This document shows positions 1 through 11,965 of a stretch of 64,000 nucleotides of DNA, one piece after another (position 1 is the stretch's first letter; each line of letters starts with the position of its first letter). The stretch comes from an uncultured Gammaproteobacteria bacterium (GTDB lineage Bacteria > Patescibacteriota > Microgenomatia > Woykebacterales > RBG-16-39-9b), in the NCBI GenBank assembly GCA_965231125.1, contig OZ246414.1:643924-707923 (forward strand), read 5' to 3'. Below the pieces are notes generated by a model. It was given only the letters and a program-made list of their open reading frames with translations, searched no databases and was not told the DNA's origin. The position numbers and the translations under genes are program-made.

Positions 1-438
1 CGCAGCACTCCAATCGTTTCCGCTTATAACCGCGCTTGGTATTGAAGTACAATTAGTGCGGGTGCTGCCGTCATTTCCAGGGGTGACATTGGGGTTTGGG
101 TAATCTAGTATTACTCCAGCCCGATATTCAACAGCCGGCACACCGCTTTCTCCAGGACCTAAGTACATGTATGAGGTTGGTAGGGAACGAGTGTAGGTTG
201 GTACCAAATCAGTCGAAAGACTACTGGCTAACGGATAAGTGTGATAATCGTTGTAATACAGTTGGAGGGAGTTTTTAAGCTGTTGGAGTTCTTGGCGTTT
301 TTTGCTGTCTCTAGCCTCACCAATGAGTCTTACAGGATTAACCGCAATTATCACAATTGATACTAAAATACCAATAATGGCGATTACAATTAATAGTTCT
401 ATTAAAGTAAATCCTTTAATTTTTGTAAAAATTTTCAT
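1..438 (-). CDS. type IV pilin/pseudopilin, partial (C-terminus runs off window start)
   Basis: Minus-strand ATG near 438. N-terminus MKIFTKIKGFTLIELLIVIAIIGILVSIVIIAV is a class III prepilin signal (G|FTLIE) plus hydrophobic helix, followed by ARDSKKRQELQQLKNSLQLYY pilin motif. Frame stays open to position 1. Confidence 0.7.
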   Translation of the reverse strand, partial: MKIFTKIKGFTLIELLIVIAIIGILVSIVIIAVNPVRLIGEARDSKKRQELQQLKNSLQLYYNDYHTYPLASSLSTDLVPTYTRSLPTSYMYLGPGESGVPAVEYRAGVILDYPNPNVTPGNDGSTRTNCTSIPSAVISGNDWSAA

Positions 439-447
439 ATTTAAATA

Positions 448-897
448 CTAAGGGCACGAACCTGAACTAGCGTCGTGAACAACCACTCCGTCATTTGTAT
501 TATACAGAAAGCGGTGTCCATTTCCCGGCGCCGAACAAATTTGGAGCATAGATTTCACTGGATCCGTACTTGGTGTTATGACAACATCGGAAGGTATTTC
601 CTTGATCCACGGTCTGATTGTGTCGGATCCGGTTGCAGCGACTGGAGCCTCAAGATCTTCCTTGCTGTTGCAACTCGCCAGCGTATTCTGCTTGCCGTTT
701 TCCGAATAAGCTAAGCAAGCCTCCATTGCGTTTGCAACCAAAGAAACATTCGATTTTGCCGCCTGGTCTAGAGCAGCGTGAATCTTTTTCTGCGGGCTCA
801 AGATAGTAACTGCCACCAGGCTAACAACTGCAATAATCACAACTATCATTACAATTTCTACGGTCGTAAAACCCTTTTTTCCCAAATTTTCCAGCAT
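448..897 (-). CDS. type IV pilin
   Basis: N-terminus MLENLGKKGFTTVEIVMIVVIIAVVSL carries the G|FTxxE prepilin peptidase site and hydrophobic helix. 149 aa, ends ...SGSCP like its neighbours. Confidence 0.8.
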   Translation of the reverse strand: MLENLGKKGFTTVEIVMIVVIIAVVSLVAVTILSPQKKIHAALDQAAKSNVSLVANAMEACLAYSENGKQNTLASCNSKEDLEAPVAATGSDTIRPWIKEIPSDVVITPSTDPVKSMLQICSAPGNGHRFLYNTNDGVVVHDASSGSCP

Positions 898-911
898 TTA
901 AAATCCTCAAG

Positions 912-1346
912 CTAAGGACAGGTAAGTGGGGGGTTTACTGTCGGACCCTCAATAGACCCACCTGAACTCTGCCAACGCACATTACCATGCCCACTCGGGT
1001 TATCGGCGAATGCACAAATCTGATTACCCGCGCTGTTTGATAATATAGTTACACCCCCCGGTCCTGAACTTGCGGGTATATTACCGTACGATGTTAAATC
1101 CGCTCCTGGACCACTAGTATCGGCACAATGCGCCGAATCGTAGGGATTAGCCCCAACTGTCAACTCATGAATAATACAAGTGCTTATCAACGTGCCAGCC
1201 GATCTTACGTTCGATACTACTGAACTGTCATAAGAATCCTTTATTCTTCCTACGGGCCCAATTGCTACAATAACAATTGTTGTCAGAATAGCAATAATTG
1301 CAATAACAACTAGCAGCTCAATCAAAGTAAAGCCTTTTTCTTCCAT
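912..1346 (-). CDS. type IV pilin
   Basis: N-terminus MEEKGFTLIELLVVIAIIAIL is a canonical class III signal. 144 aa with a C-terminal ...LTCP; contains a GTLIS(T/A)CI motif shared with the 1378..1818 pilin. Confidence 0.85.
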   Translation of the reverse strand: MEEKGFTLIELLVVIAIIAILTTIVIVAIGPVGRIKDSYDSSVVSNVRSAGTLISTCIIHELTVGANPYDSAHCADTSGPGADLTSYGNIPASSGPGGVTILSNSAGNQICAFADNPSGHGNVRWQSSGGSIEGPTVNPPLTCP

Positions 1347-1377
1347 TAAAGCAGGTGTTACCCTTTAAATCATTAAC

Positions 1378-1818
1378 CTATGGACAATTTGTAAGACTAG
1401 TAGCACCGCTATCTACTTCACCATTTACACTTTGATACCTCCAGAAAGTTCCTGATGAACCCTCTTCAATCGCACATATATTCGTTGGGTCTCCAGCCGC
1501 ATTATTATCAGCGTAAGAAGCAGTAGCAGGCCAGTTACCTTGCCCTGTAGCGTTAACTTTAGCGATCGAGTCACAGTCCCCCAAAGTACCGGGGGGTGTC
1601 GTAGACAGTGCTGTTGTTATACAAGCACTAATTAACGTACCAGCTGCTCTGGTGTTTGCTGCGGCTCTTCTGTCTGCAGCATCTCTAAGCCTTTGCACTG
1701 GGTTAATAGCCACAACAACGATCACCACCAAGATAGCGATAATCGCGATAACAACCAAAAGCTCAATGAGGGTGAATCCCTTTTGGCTTTTTAGATAACC
1801 TCGTAGTTTATCTAGCAA
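1378..1818 (-). CDS. type IV pilin
   Basis: KGFTLIELLVVIAIIAILVV prepilin leader, then RLRDAADRRAAANTRAAGTLISACI. C-terminal ...TNCP. Paralogue of the 912..1346 pilin. Confidence 0.85.
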   Translation of the reverse strand: MLDKLRGYLKSQKGFTLIELLVVIAIIAILVVIVVVAINPVQRLRDAADRRAAANTRAAGTLISACITTALSTTPPGTLGDCDSIAKVNATGQGNWPATASYADNNAAGDPTNICAIEEGSSGTFWRYQSVNGEVDSGATSLTNCP

Positions 1819-1929
1819 AGATATTCACCCCCTTTCGAATGTCATTATTTTTCGAACGAATAGAAATTAATTTCTGCGAATGGAATGGGAGAATTTGAAG
1901 TAAAATTGATCTTTTTTTTTGGGCAAGAT

Positions 1930-2733
1930 TCATCTATTTATTCTTAAATACCAATCTAAGATTTGCTGTCCCCAAATTAAAGCAAAATAAGCCCCGATAG
2001 ACAAAAACGGTCCGAAGGGGACAGTCTGACCGAACCGTTTTTTACCTACTAATATAAGTATAGTGGCGAAAGCTGCGCCTGTCAAGAAGGCCAAAAACAA
2101 GGCGGTGATAACTTTTGCTGTTCCCAAAGCAAAACCTAAAAAGGCAGCGTATTTTACATCGCCTCCACCTATTCCTTTACCTTTAGAGATTACAATTAGA
2201 AGATAAAAGAAGGCTCCGGCCCCAAAGCCCGCTCCAATATCGTAGACAAGTTGGGGGATTGGATACGGGATATGGGAAATGGGAAATGAAAAAAAGACTA
2301 ATTTCAAAGCCAGGGCGATAACCAAGGCAGGAAGGATAACTTTATCGGGAATTAGACCATCTCTAAAGTCCGTTATAAAGATTACGATTAACACCGATAG
2401 GACGAACAAGAAATACCAAAATTCGGGGCCGAAGGTTGGGCCATGGAACGCAAAAAAAGTTATTACAAAGAGGGCACCAGTGGAAAATTCGACGGCCGGA
2501 TATTGCCAGGAAATTTTCTTTCCACAATAACGGCATTTTCCGGCGAGTGCCAAGTAGCTGACAATCGGTACCAAATCTAGAGTAGTTAGTTCGTGTTTAC
2601 AGTGGGGGCACCGCGAACGATCAAACAGGATTTTCCCACCATGAATAGACCGATATGAGACTACATTGAGGAAGGACCCTACAGAAGCGCCGAAAATAAA
2701 AATAACGATTAGAATAAAAGTATCTGGTATCAT
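1930..2733 (-). CDS. pilD: prepilin peptidase (A24 family, PilD)
   Basis: N-terminal CPHC...CRYC zinc-binding tetracysteine, polytopic membrane body, GGGDVK motif. Sits between the pilins and the PilC/PilT/PilB genes. Confidence 0.85.
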   Translation of the reverse strand: MIPDTFILIVIFIFGASVGSFLNVVSYRSIHGGKILFDRSRCPHCKHELTTLDLVPIVSYLALAGKCRYCGKKISWQYPAVEFSTGALFVITFFAFHGPTFGPEFWYFLFVLSVLIVIFITDFRDGLIPDKVILPALVIALALKLVFFSFPISHIPYPIPQLVYDIGAGFGAGAFFYLLIVISKGKGIGGGDVKYAAFLGFALGTAKVITALFLAFLTGAAFATILILVGKKRFGQTVPFGPFLSIGAYFALIWGQQILDWYLRINR

Positions 2734-2761
2734 GATGCTAAATACATACTACAAGATCCAA

Positions 2762-3316
2762 TCATGGTAGCAGTGTCAAATCAGTTCCTAGTTCATAACG
2801 GGCTGAATCCGTACCGCCATCGCCTTGCTCTATAGAGCTGTTTTTAGAACTCTCTAAGGAAGCAGTGAGTTTAAAAGTGCCGTTTTTCCCCGGAGTAAAA
2901 GTGTAAACATAGGGGTCTTTATTGATGGGGTCCAGAGGTAATATCTTAATGGGGGTTTGGCCGATCTTAGCGTTTAGGGAAAAATCTACCGTCACCCAAC
3001 CGGTTATGTTAACTGCGGTAGAGTCAGAAACTTTTTCCTGAAAAGCGCTTTTGATATTTAGTGCTCCTGTCGTAAAAATGGTTTCGCCAACCTGGCAGTT
3101 GTCACACAAGGGAGCAGGATGATTCTTATTATTTTGAAGATAGTCTCGTATTGCCTGAGAGAGTTTTTTTAGATTTTCGATTCTCTTTTTATCTCGCTCT
3201 TGTCTCCCTTTTTCGTAAGGATTATATCTGTAAAGGAAAAATCCGACTAGTGCAACACCGACAAAAAGGGCAATTGCCGCAGTCTTTAAAGAAATACTTC
3301 GAGTTAGTAGATTCAT
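2762..3316 (-). CDS. pilin-like protein with non-canonical N-terminus
   Basis: N-terminal TM helix followed by ERDKKRIENLKKLSQAIRDYLQNN, which matches the post-helix motif of pilins/pseudopilins, but it lacks the G-F-T-x-x-E cleavage site. Position between pilC and pilD. Confidence 0.45.
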   Translation of the reverse strand: MNLLTRSISLKTAAIALFVGVALVGFFLYRYNPYEKGRQERDKKRIENLKKLSQAIRDYLQNNKNHPAPLCDNCQVGETIFTTGALNIKSAFQEKVSDSTAVNITGWVTVDFSLNAKIGQTPIKILPLDPINKDPYVYTFTPGKNGTFKLTASLESSKNSSIEQGDGGTDSARYELGTDLTLLP

Positions 3317-3333
3317 ATCTCATAACTGATTCG

Positions 3334-4533
3334 TTAAAACGCGCTGGTTATATTGTATATCGGCAAGATGATTGAAATAACAAGTGCGGCAACCATAATC
3401 CCCAAAACTATCATTATCATTGGCTCAAGGGCGGTAGTGAGGTTTTTAACTTGGTTTTCCACCTCAAGTTCGTAATAATGGGAAACTTTATTCAAAACAT
3501 CATCCATTTTTCCGGTTTCCTCACCTACAGAGACCATCTGCGGAATAATTGGGGGGAAAGTATCATCAACAGAAAGAGCCTTCGACAGCGTCGTGCCTTT
3601 CTCCACTAACGTGGACGCTCTACTCACCGCTTGACGATGAAGGGCGTTGCTGGCGACATTTGCAGAAATCTTCAGGGCTTCTAATATTGGCACACCGGCA
3701 CCAACCAACGCACCTAAAGTGCGGGTAAGCTCTGTTAAAGAGGTGTCGCGATTTAGTTTACCCATTATTGGGATTTTTAGACTGATACGATCAATGAAAA
3801 GAGCTCCTTGCGGAGTTTTGCGATATCGGCGTAAAAGCCAAAAAGCAGCCACCATAATTAGAATCACCAACCACCAAAAATGGGTTGCGAAATCGCTTAC
3901 ACCTATTAAGATTCGAGTTGGAAGCGGCAGAGTAATTTTTAAATCAGTATAAAGTTGAGTAAGTTTCGGAACTACAAATATTAAAATTATTGAAGAGACA
4001 AGAAGCATTGCAAAAAGGATAATCACCGGGTATATAAACGCACCTTTAACTTTACCTTGAAAGTCGCGATCTTTTTCCAAAGTGTTCGCAAGATTAGTCA
4101 ACACTTGATCAAGTGTACCGGAACTTTCACCGGCTCTAACAACATTTATGTACGCTTGCGAAAACAAATCATCGTGTTTACTCAGCGACTCCGCAAAAGT
4201 ACTTCCGCCTTGAATATCTTCGGCAATGCTCCTAATAACTTCACCTAACTTTGGCTTTTCGGTTTGTTTTTGAAGAATTTGCAGAGAATCCGTAAGAGGA
4301 AGCCCAGAGTTAATCATCGTGGCCAGTTGCCTAGTGAAATTAGTAAGATCCCCTAAATTGACCCCACCAAAAAAAGTGGGCAAGCCGCCACCTTGTTTAT
4401 GGGCGGTAAGAGTTACTACTACAAAACCGCGCTCATGCAGAATCGAGGCAGCCGCTTTTGCGGTTCCCGCTTCAATCAAACCCTCTTTATTTACCCCCTT
4501 TTGGTCTCTAACAACATATTTAAATTGCAGCAT
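3334..4533 (-). CDS. pilC: type IV pilus assembly platform protein PilC (GspF family)
   Basis: 399 aa. N-terminus MLQFKYVVRDQKG... is typical of PilC. Two GspF-type repeats and three TM segments. Confidence 0.85.
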   Translation of the reverse strand: MLQFKYVVRDQKGVNKEGLIEAGTAKAAASILHERGFVVVTLTAHKQGGGLPTFFGGVNLGDLTNFTRQLATMINSGLPLTDSLQILQKQTEKPKLGEVIRSIAEDIQGGSTFAESLSKHDDLFSQAYINVVRAGESSGTLDQVLTNLANTLEKDRDFQGKVKGAFIYPVIILFAMLLVSSIILIFVVPKLTQLYTDLKITLPLPTRILIGVSDFATHFWWLVILIMVAAFWLLRRYRKTPQGALFIDRISLKIPIMGKLNRDTSLTELTRTLGALVGAGVPILEALKISANVASNALHRQAVSRASTLVEKGTTLSKALSVDDTFPPIIPQMVSVGEETGKMDDVLNKVSHYYELEVENQVKNLTTALEPMIMIVLGIMVAALVISIILPIYNITSAF

Positions 4534-4556
4534 AGGTTTTATCTATATTCGAACCT

Positions 4557-5621
4557 TTACTTAACTGTCTTTTTTACTTCCCTCATCAGTTCTTCAGACT
4601 TAAGGCTGTAGGACAAAGCAGTTTCAAGAGAAATTTTTCCTGAGCGTACTAAATCTGCCAGCGAAGTTTCTAAAGTGATCATTCCTAATTGAGTAGAGGT
4701 TTGAATGATATTATCAATGAGGTGGGTTTTGCCTTCCCGAATCACGTTTCGGACGGCGGAAGAGGCTAAAAGAATCTCTAGAGAAGGGTAGCGACCACCA
4801 CCAATCGCCGGAATCAATCTTTCTGAAACCACCGCCTCGAGAACGTTTGAAAGTTGGAGCCTAATCTGGTCTTGCTGGTTTTCCGGAAAAACGCCAACAA
4901 TACGATCAATCGTTTGCGCTGCTGAATTCGTGTGTAACGTTGCAAAAACTAAGTGTCCAGTTTCCGCAATTGTCAAAGCTGCCTCAATGGTTTCGTAATC
5001 TCGCATTTCCCCAATCAAAACTACATCTGGGTCCTCTCTTAACACACTACGCAAAGCTATTTCCCACGAATGCGTATCCAAATGCATTTCGCGCTGGGCA
5101 ATTAAAGCCTTTTTGGACGGATAGACATACTCGATCGGATCTTCCACCGTGACGATATGAACGGAACGGTTTTCATTTACTTCATTTAATATCGAAGATA
5201 TAGTTGTTGATTTACCGTGACCGGTTGGACCGGTTATCAATATAAATCCTTGACGAAGTTCCGCAAACCGTCTCATAACTTTAGGTAAGTGCAGTTCTTC
5301 AAATGTGGGTATTCGGTTTGGAATGAGTCGGAGAGCGGCCGACAGATATCCTTTTTGATAAAAAGCATTCACCCGGAAGCGGGCGACTTGTCCAAGAGCG
5401 AAGGAAAAATCAATCTCTTTATTAGTAGTTAAAAGTTCTTTTTGCTCTGGCGTACAAAGCGACAGAACCAACCGCTCTATATTTTCCGGGGTAGGGGATT
5501 CAAATTTTGTTATCGGCACTAGCTTTCCATCGATACGAAGGGTTGGGTAAACACCCACCATCAAATGGACATCAGATGCTCCTCGACGGAGTGCATCTTC
5601 TAAAATTTCCTGGATTCCCAT
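4557..5621 (-). CDS. pilT: twitching motility/retraction ATPase PilT
   Basis: N-terminus MGIQEILEDALRRGASDVHLMVGVYPTLRIDGKL, Walker A ILITGPTGHGKSTT, 354 aa. Typical PilT length and motifs. Confidence 0.9.
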   Translation of the reverse strand: MGIQEILEDALRRGASDVHLMVGVYPTLRIDGKLVPITKFESPTPENIERLVLSLCTPEQKELLTTNKEIDFSFALGQVARFRVNAFYQKGYLSAALRLIPNRIPTFEELHLPKVMRRFAELRQGFILITGPTGHGKSTTISSILNEVNENRSVHIVTVEDPIEYVYPSKKALIAQREMHLDTHSWEIALRSVLREDPDVVLIGEMRDYETIEAALTIAETGHLVFATLHTNSAAQTIDRIVGVFPENQQDQIRLQLSNVLEAVVSERLIPAIGGGRYPSLEILLASSAVRNVIREGKTHLIDNIIQTSTQLGMITLETSLADLVRSGKISLETALSYSLKSEELMREVKKTVK

Positions 5622-5685
5622 TAAACCTCCTTTGGTCTGTAAAGTTCAAAGCTCAAATATCAAATTAATTTTTGACATTTGTCAA

Positions 5686-7461
5686 TTATTCTATCGCCAC
5701 TCTCATTACTTCTTCCACAGTAGTTATTCCTTCCAAAACTTTCATATAACCATCCTGGATAATCGTAACCATTCCCTCTTCAATTGCGACCTTTTCAATA
5801 TTGTTTGAAGGAGACCTTTCTAAAATAAGTTTGCCAATCTTATCAGTCACCGACAAAACTTCAAAAATACCAATTCTTCCGCGGTAACCTGAACCTCCAC
5901 ATTTATCGCAACCGGCCCCTTTAAAAACTTTAAATTTTTTATCTATCTCCACCTCATGAACGTCTTTTTGCTCCTCTTGAGAGAGTTTTTTTACAAAATC
6001 TTTATGGCCAATTAAATTTCCGAGCACCTGCTTAAAATCAGCGATCACCTGATCAGCTGGTACGTATTCTTTTTTGCAATTATCGCAAATGCGACGAACG
6101 ACCCGCTGGGCGATAACAGCTGTTATTGAAGATGCAAGCAAAAAAGTCTCCATACCCATATCCAAAAGCCGAGGCAAAGCTCCGGCAGCGCTGCTGGTGT
6201 GAAGTGTTGAAAACACCAAATGGCCAGTAAGGGAAGCTTGAATAGCCAAGGCAGCTGTTTCTGAATCCCGAACCTCACCTACCATTACAATATTAGGGTC
6301 TTGACGTAAAAAACTGCGTAGCCCAGATGCAAAGGTAAGACCAGCGGTTGGATTGATTTGAACTTGGTTTACACCCGGAATTTGGTATTCTACCGGGTCC
6401 TCCAACGTAACAATATTTACCCTGGGCGAGTTTATTTTAGAAAGAGCTGCAAAAAGGGTAGTTGTTTTTCCGGAGCCCGTGGGCCCAGTTATTAAAATAA
6501 TACCGTTTGGTCTAGTTATAGCCTGTTCAAAAATGCGTAGCCCCGTTCCGCGTAAACCTAGCTCTTGCAAAGTCGGGGCAGAACCGGCTTTGGGCAGAAG
6601 CCGCATTACTATCTTTTCACCGTGAACCGTTGGTAGCGTAGAAATACGGAGATCTACTATTTTATCACCAAGTTTAAAGGTAAACCTCCCATCTTGGGGG
6701 ATTCTTTTTTCATCAATCTTCAAATTAGAAAGAATTTTAATTCTAGACACCAGTGCCTCATGAACCTTTTTTGGCAGGAAAAGCCTCTCTTGTAAGATTC
6801 CATCTATCCGATAACGGACCCGAGTTTTTTCTTCCAAAGGCTCGACATGAATATCACTGGCCCCACCTTTCATGGCGTATTCCACTAAAGTCGAGGCAAT
6901 TTTTGCGACTGGCGCCTCTTTAATTATCTCTTCAACTTTTCCCAAATCCTTAATTTCTTCTTTGGCCTCAACCGTACCTTCTTCCTCTTGTAAAGCAGCT
7001 GTAACTTCGGTGGTAAGACTCTGACCGTATTTATCCTGGATGGCTTGGATAATTAAAGAAGGGGTAGAAATAAAAGGTTTTATTCTCTTAACAGATTTTC
7101 TTTCAATAAACTCAACAACTTGTAAATCCAACGGATCCGACATTGCCACCGATAAAGTTCCGCTCTCCTTATCAAGCTCAAATGGGATTAGGGTGTAACG
7201 TCTCGCCACTGGCTCGGGAATAAGCTGCAACACATCAGCAGCAATAGGTTTGGTTGTAGGATTAATAAAAGAAATTCCAAGAAGCTCTCCTCTTGCAGCC
7301 GTAAGATCTTCAAGAGAGGCAAAGTTGTGCTCCATTAGAAGCTCTTCGACGGTCTTACCCGTATTTATGGATTCAAGTTTAACTAATGAAACTTTATCTT
7401 CGGTAAGCTTACCTTGTTCAAAAAGAATGTCGGCGACGCCTTTATCTGTTGTAGTTGCCAT
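5686..7461 (-). CDS. pilB: type IV pilus assembly ATPase PilB (GspE family)
   Basis: N-terminal T2SSE_N-like region, Walker A LITGPTGSGKTTT, tetracysteine CDNC...CDKCGGSGYRGR. 591 aa. Confidence 0.9.
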   Translation of the reverse strand: MATTTDKGVADILFEQGKLTEDKVSLVKLESINTGKTVEELLMEHNFASLEDLTAARGELLGISFINPTTKPIAADVLQLIPEPVARRYTLIPFELDKESGTLSVAMSDPLDLQVVEFIERKSVKRIKPFISTPSLIIQAIQDKYGQSLTTEVTAALQEEEGTVEAKEEIKDLGKVEEIIKEAPVAKIASTLVEYAMKGGASDIHVEPLEEKTRVRYRIDGILQERLFLPKKVHEALVSRIKILSNLKIDEKRIPQDGRFTFKLGDKIVDLRISTLPTVHGEKIVMRLLPKAGSAPTLQELGLRGTGLRIFEQAITRPNGIILITGPTGSGKTTTLFAALSKINSPRVNIVTLEDPVEYQIPGVNQVQINPTAGLTFASGLRSFLRQDPNIVMVGEVRDSETAALAIQASLTGHLVFSTLHTSSAAGALPRLLDMGMETFLLASSITAVIAQRVVRRICDNCKKEYVPADQVIADFKQVLGNLIGHKDFVKKLSQEEQKDVHEVEIDKKFKVFKGAGCDKCGGSGYRGRIGIFEVLSVTDKIGKLILERSPSNNIEKVAIEEGMVTIIQDGYMKVLEGITTVEEVMRVAIE

Positions 7462-7528
7462 CTGAGCAGGTCCGCCTACTGGCGGTGGAACTTGCTAATA
7501 GTTCTATTTTAAGGGGAAATCTGCAATA

Positions 7529-10239
<2,711 letters not shown>

Positions 10240-10312
10240 GCATGTTTTACTATCCCGCAAAGACAGCAATTTGGATTTTTGATCATATCACCCTCGACAT
10301 ATAACCCATAGC

Positions 10313-10341
10313 CTTGACATACAACACAAAGTAATGTATAA
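10313..10341 (+). promoter_or_regulatory. sigma70-like promoter (TTGACA-17-TATAAT)
   Basis: TTGACAtacaacacaaagtaatgTATAAT lies about 35 nt upstream of the GGAGG RBS of the 10381 ORF. Confidence 0.5.
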
Positions 10342-10380
10342 TGTTTAAAGCAATTTTTACCTAGAGGAGGTCGAGAAGAG

Positions 10381-10578
10381 ATGGTACAAAACACACCTGA
10401 TCGTAGTCGCGATGCTGATCGGGAAATGGCGGTTGACATACTTAAGGCACTCGAAAAGCGTATCGGTCGTAAAGGAGTACTTCAAGCAATCAATGATGCT
10501 ATCGAAATTCAAGAGCTTATGGAAATAGCCGAAGAAGTTAATCGCGAGCTTGATGCGGAGAAGAAGAACTCATCTTAA
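10381..10578 (+). CDS. small hypothetical protein (65 aa)
   Basis: ORF with a GGAGG RBS and consensus promoter. Charged helical sequence with no recognisable family. Confidence 0.4.
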   Translation: MVQNTPDRSRDADREMAVDILKALEKRIGRKGVLQAINDAIEIQELMEIAEEVNRELDAEKKNSS

Positions 10579-10747
10579 TAGACCACGTGCAGCGACAGGG
10601 AATCCGCAAGGATTTGGTTTGCGCAAGCAACACCTGTCGCTTCTCTTTCAAATAATTCAGCAAAAGGTTTGACAAAGACCCATAATTGTGTTACCCTACA
10701 AAACTGTCTTGACAATATTTTTATATTGCCATAGATTATTTTTGAAC

Positions 10748-11168
10748 ATCGGAAGTTGAAAGAAGTTCCCTGGGAGCAGATTGGTAGCAAAACCTTTGTT
10801 ATCAGCCTGCTCCCGCGGAGCGCCAGTGGTGACGAGCGAATGGACCGGTAGGGAAGTTGGCAACCGAAGTACCTACCATTGCTCTGAGGTCCGCCAGACT
10901 AAAGGTGAGAAGGGCTTCAAGCCAACTTGCCAGCTCACCACCCTGTGATCAACTGCCTAATTTGAAGCCCAGTGGTTTCGGGTTAGGGTGCCAACAGTTA
11001 CAACGGGGTCCATGTGGTAAACAGCGAGCGGTCACTGGTATTTTGCTGCCGAGAAGACACGATCGAGGGCCGGTTGGATTTTCCACCCCGTCATCCGTCG
11101 CACCTCTCGGCAGCCAGAATTCCCCCGGCAGGTTTAGCTTGAACAAAGCACTGCCGGTTTCTTTTTTC
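10748..11168 (+). ncRNA. candidate structured RNA of ~420 nt, class undetermined (RNase P RNA is one possibility)
   Basis: A GC-rich (~55%) block in ~42% GC surroundings with no credible ORF. Upstream promoter TTGACA-17-TAGATT at ~10710-10738. Many perfect hairpins (GGAAGTT-GAAAG-AAGTTCC; GGGAGCAG...CTGCTCCC). 3' hairpin CCGGCAG...CTGCCGG followed by TTTCTTTTTT. Short stretches resemble RNase P conserved regions (GGTAAACAGCGAGCGG; CAGAATTCCCCCGGC) but are not conclusive. Confidence 0.4.
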
Positions 11169-11205
11169 CTTGTTAATCACCCCAAAAATTGTTAACCTAT
11201 CGTCT

Positions 11206-11901
11206 ATGGCAAGAAACGGATTGAAAGCCGTCCTTTTTGATATCTCCGGCACTCTTATTGATGATTTTGATTTAGTCGTGCAAACCGACGACATTTTTCT
11301 TCGCCGAAGAGGCAAAAGCATGAGTCGGCAGTTTTACATCGACAATTACACTCTAGACTGGAAAAAGTTTTGGGAGGACCTGGGGTTTCCACCAAGCAAA
11401 GAGCTTGTCGATGAATGGGTTGAAATTAACAAATCTCTTATAAGCGAAGGGAAATACGATCTTCACCCGGCAGTTATTAAACTTTTGGCAAAAGCCAAGA
11501 AAAGTTATAAAACGGCGGCCGTTACATCGATGTCGCGGGCAACTCTACTTGCTCATCTGAAAAGAGGGGACATACCACCTCATTTCTTCGATTTTTTATC
11601 GACTGGGGAATTAGATGTACCTCTTAAACCAGCACCAGACCAAATTCTGCTTACACTTGAAAATTTGAAAGTCCGCCCGCAAGAAGCAGTGATGATCGGC
11701 GATACTGATGAAGATGTCGTGGCCGGTAAGAGAGCCGGAACCAAAACAATCAAAGTATCTTGGGGTTACCCGGTGACGTCCTACGGACGACGTTTTCTCG
11801 CCTCGAAGGTCCGAGGCTCGAAAATAAAACAAGAAGTCTTTGCCGAACCCGACCATGTTGTTTCCAGTTTCGAGGAGTTAAAAAACTGGCTCCAAATATA
11901 G
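11206..11901 (+). CDS. HAD-superfamily hydrolase (phosphatase)
   Basis: Motif I FDISGTLIDD (DxD-type nucleophile) and motif IV MIGDTDEDVVAGKRAG. The ORF is open from 11170; the likely ATG is at 11206. Confidence 0.75.
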   Translation: MARNGLKAVLFDISGTLIDDFDLVVQTDDIFLRRRGKSMSRQFYIDNYTLDWKKFWEDLGFPPSKELVDEWVEINKSLISEGKYDLHPAVIKLLAKAKKSYKTAAVTSMSRATLLAHLKRGDIPPHFFDFLSTGELDVPLKPAPDQILLTLENLKVRPQEAVMIGDTDEDVVAGKRAGTKTIKVSWGYPVTSYGRRFLASKVRGSKIKQEVFAEPDHVVSSFEELKNWLQI

Positions 11902-11965
11902 TTTCTGTAAAACAACCGCTAAAGCTTGCCTGCAAGTCTAAATTCAATTATAATAACAAAGTTCT

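Noticed and set aside
10748-11168. Firm assignment of the structured RNA as RNase P RNA or tmRNA
   Set aside because: Only loose matches to RNase P conserved regions. No clear P4 pairing, no tmRNA tag frame or T-arm. Left as an unclassified candidate.
10857-11195. 112-aa plus-strand ORF (and 65-aa and 76-aa minus-strand ORFs) inside the GC-rich block
   Set aside because: Pro/Arg/Ser/Gly-rich translations with no RBS, typical of spurious frames in GC-rich structured RNA. The block has its own promoter and terminator.
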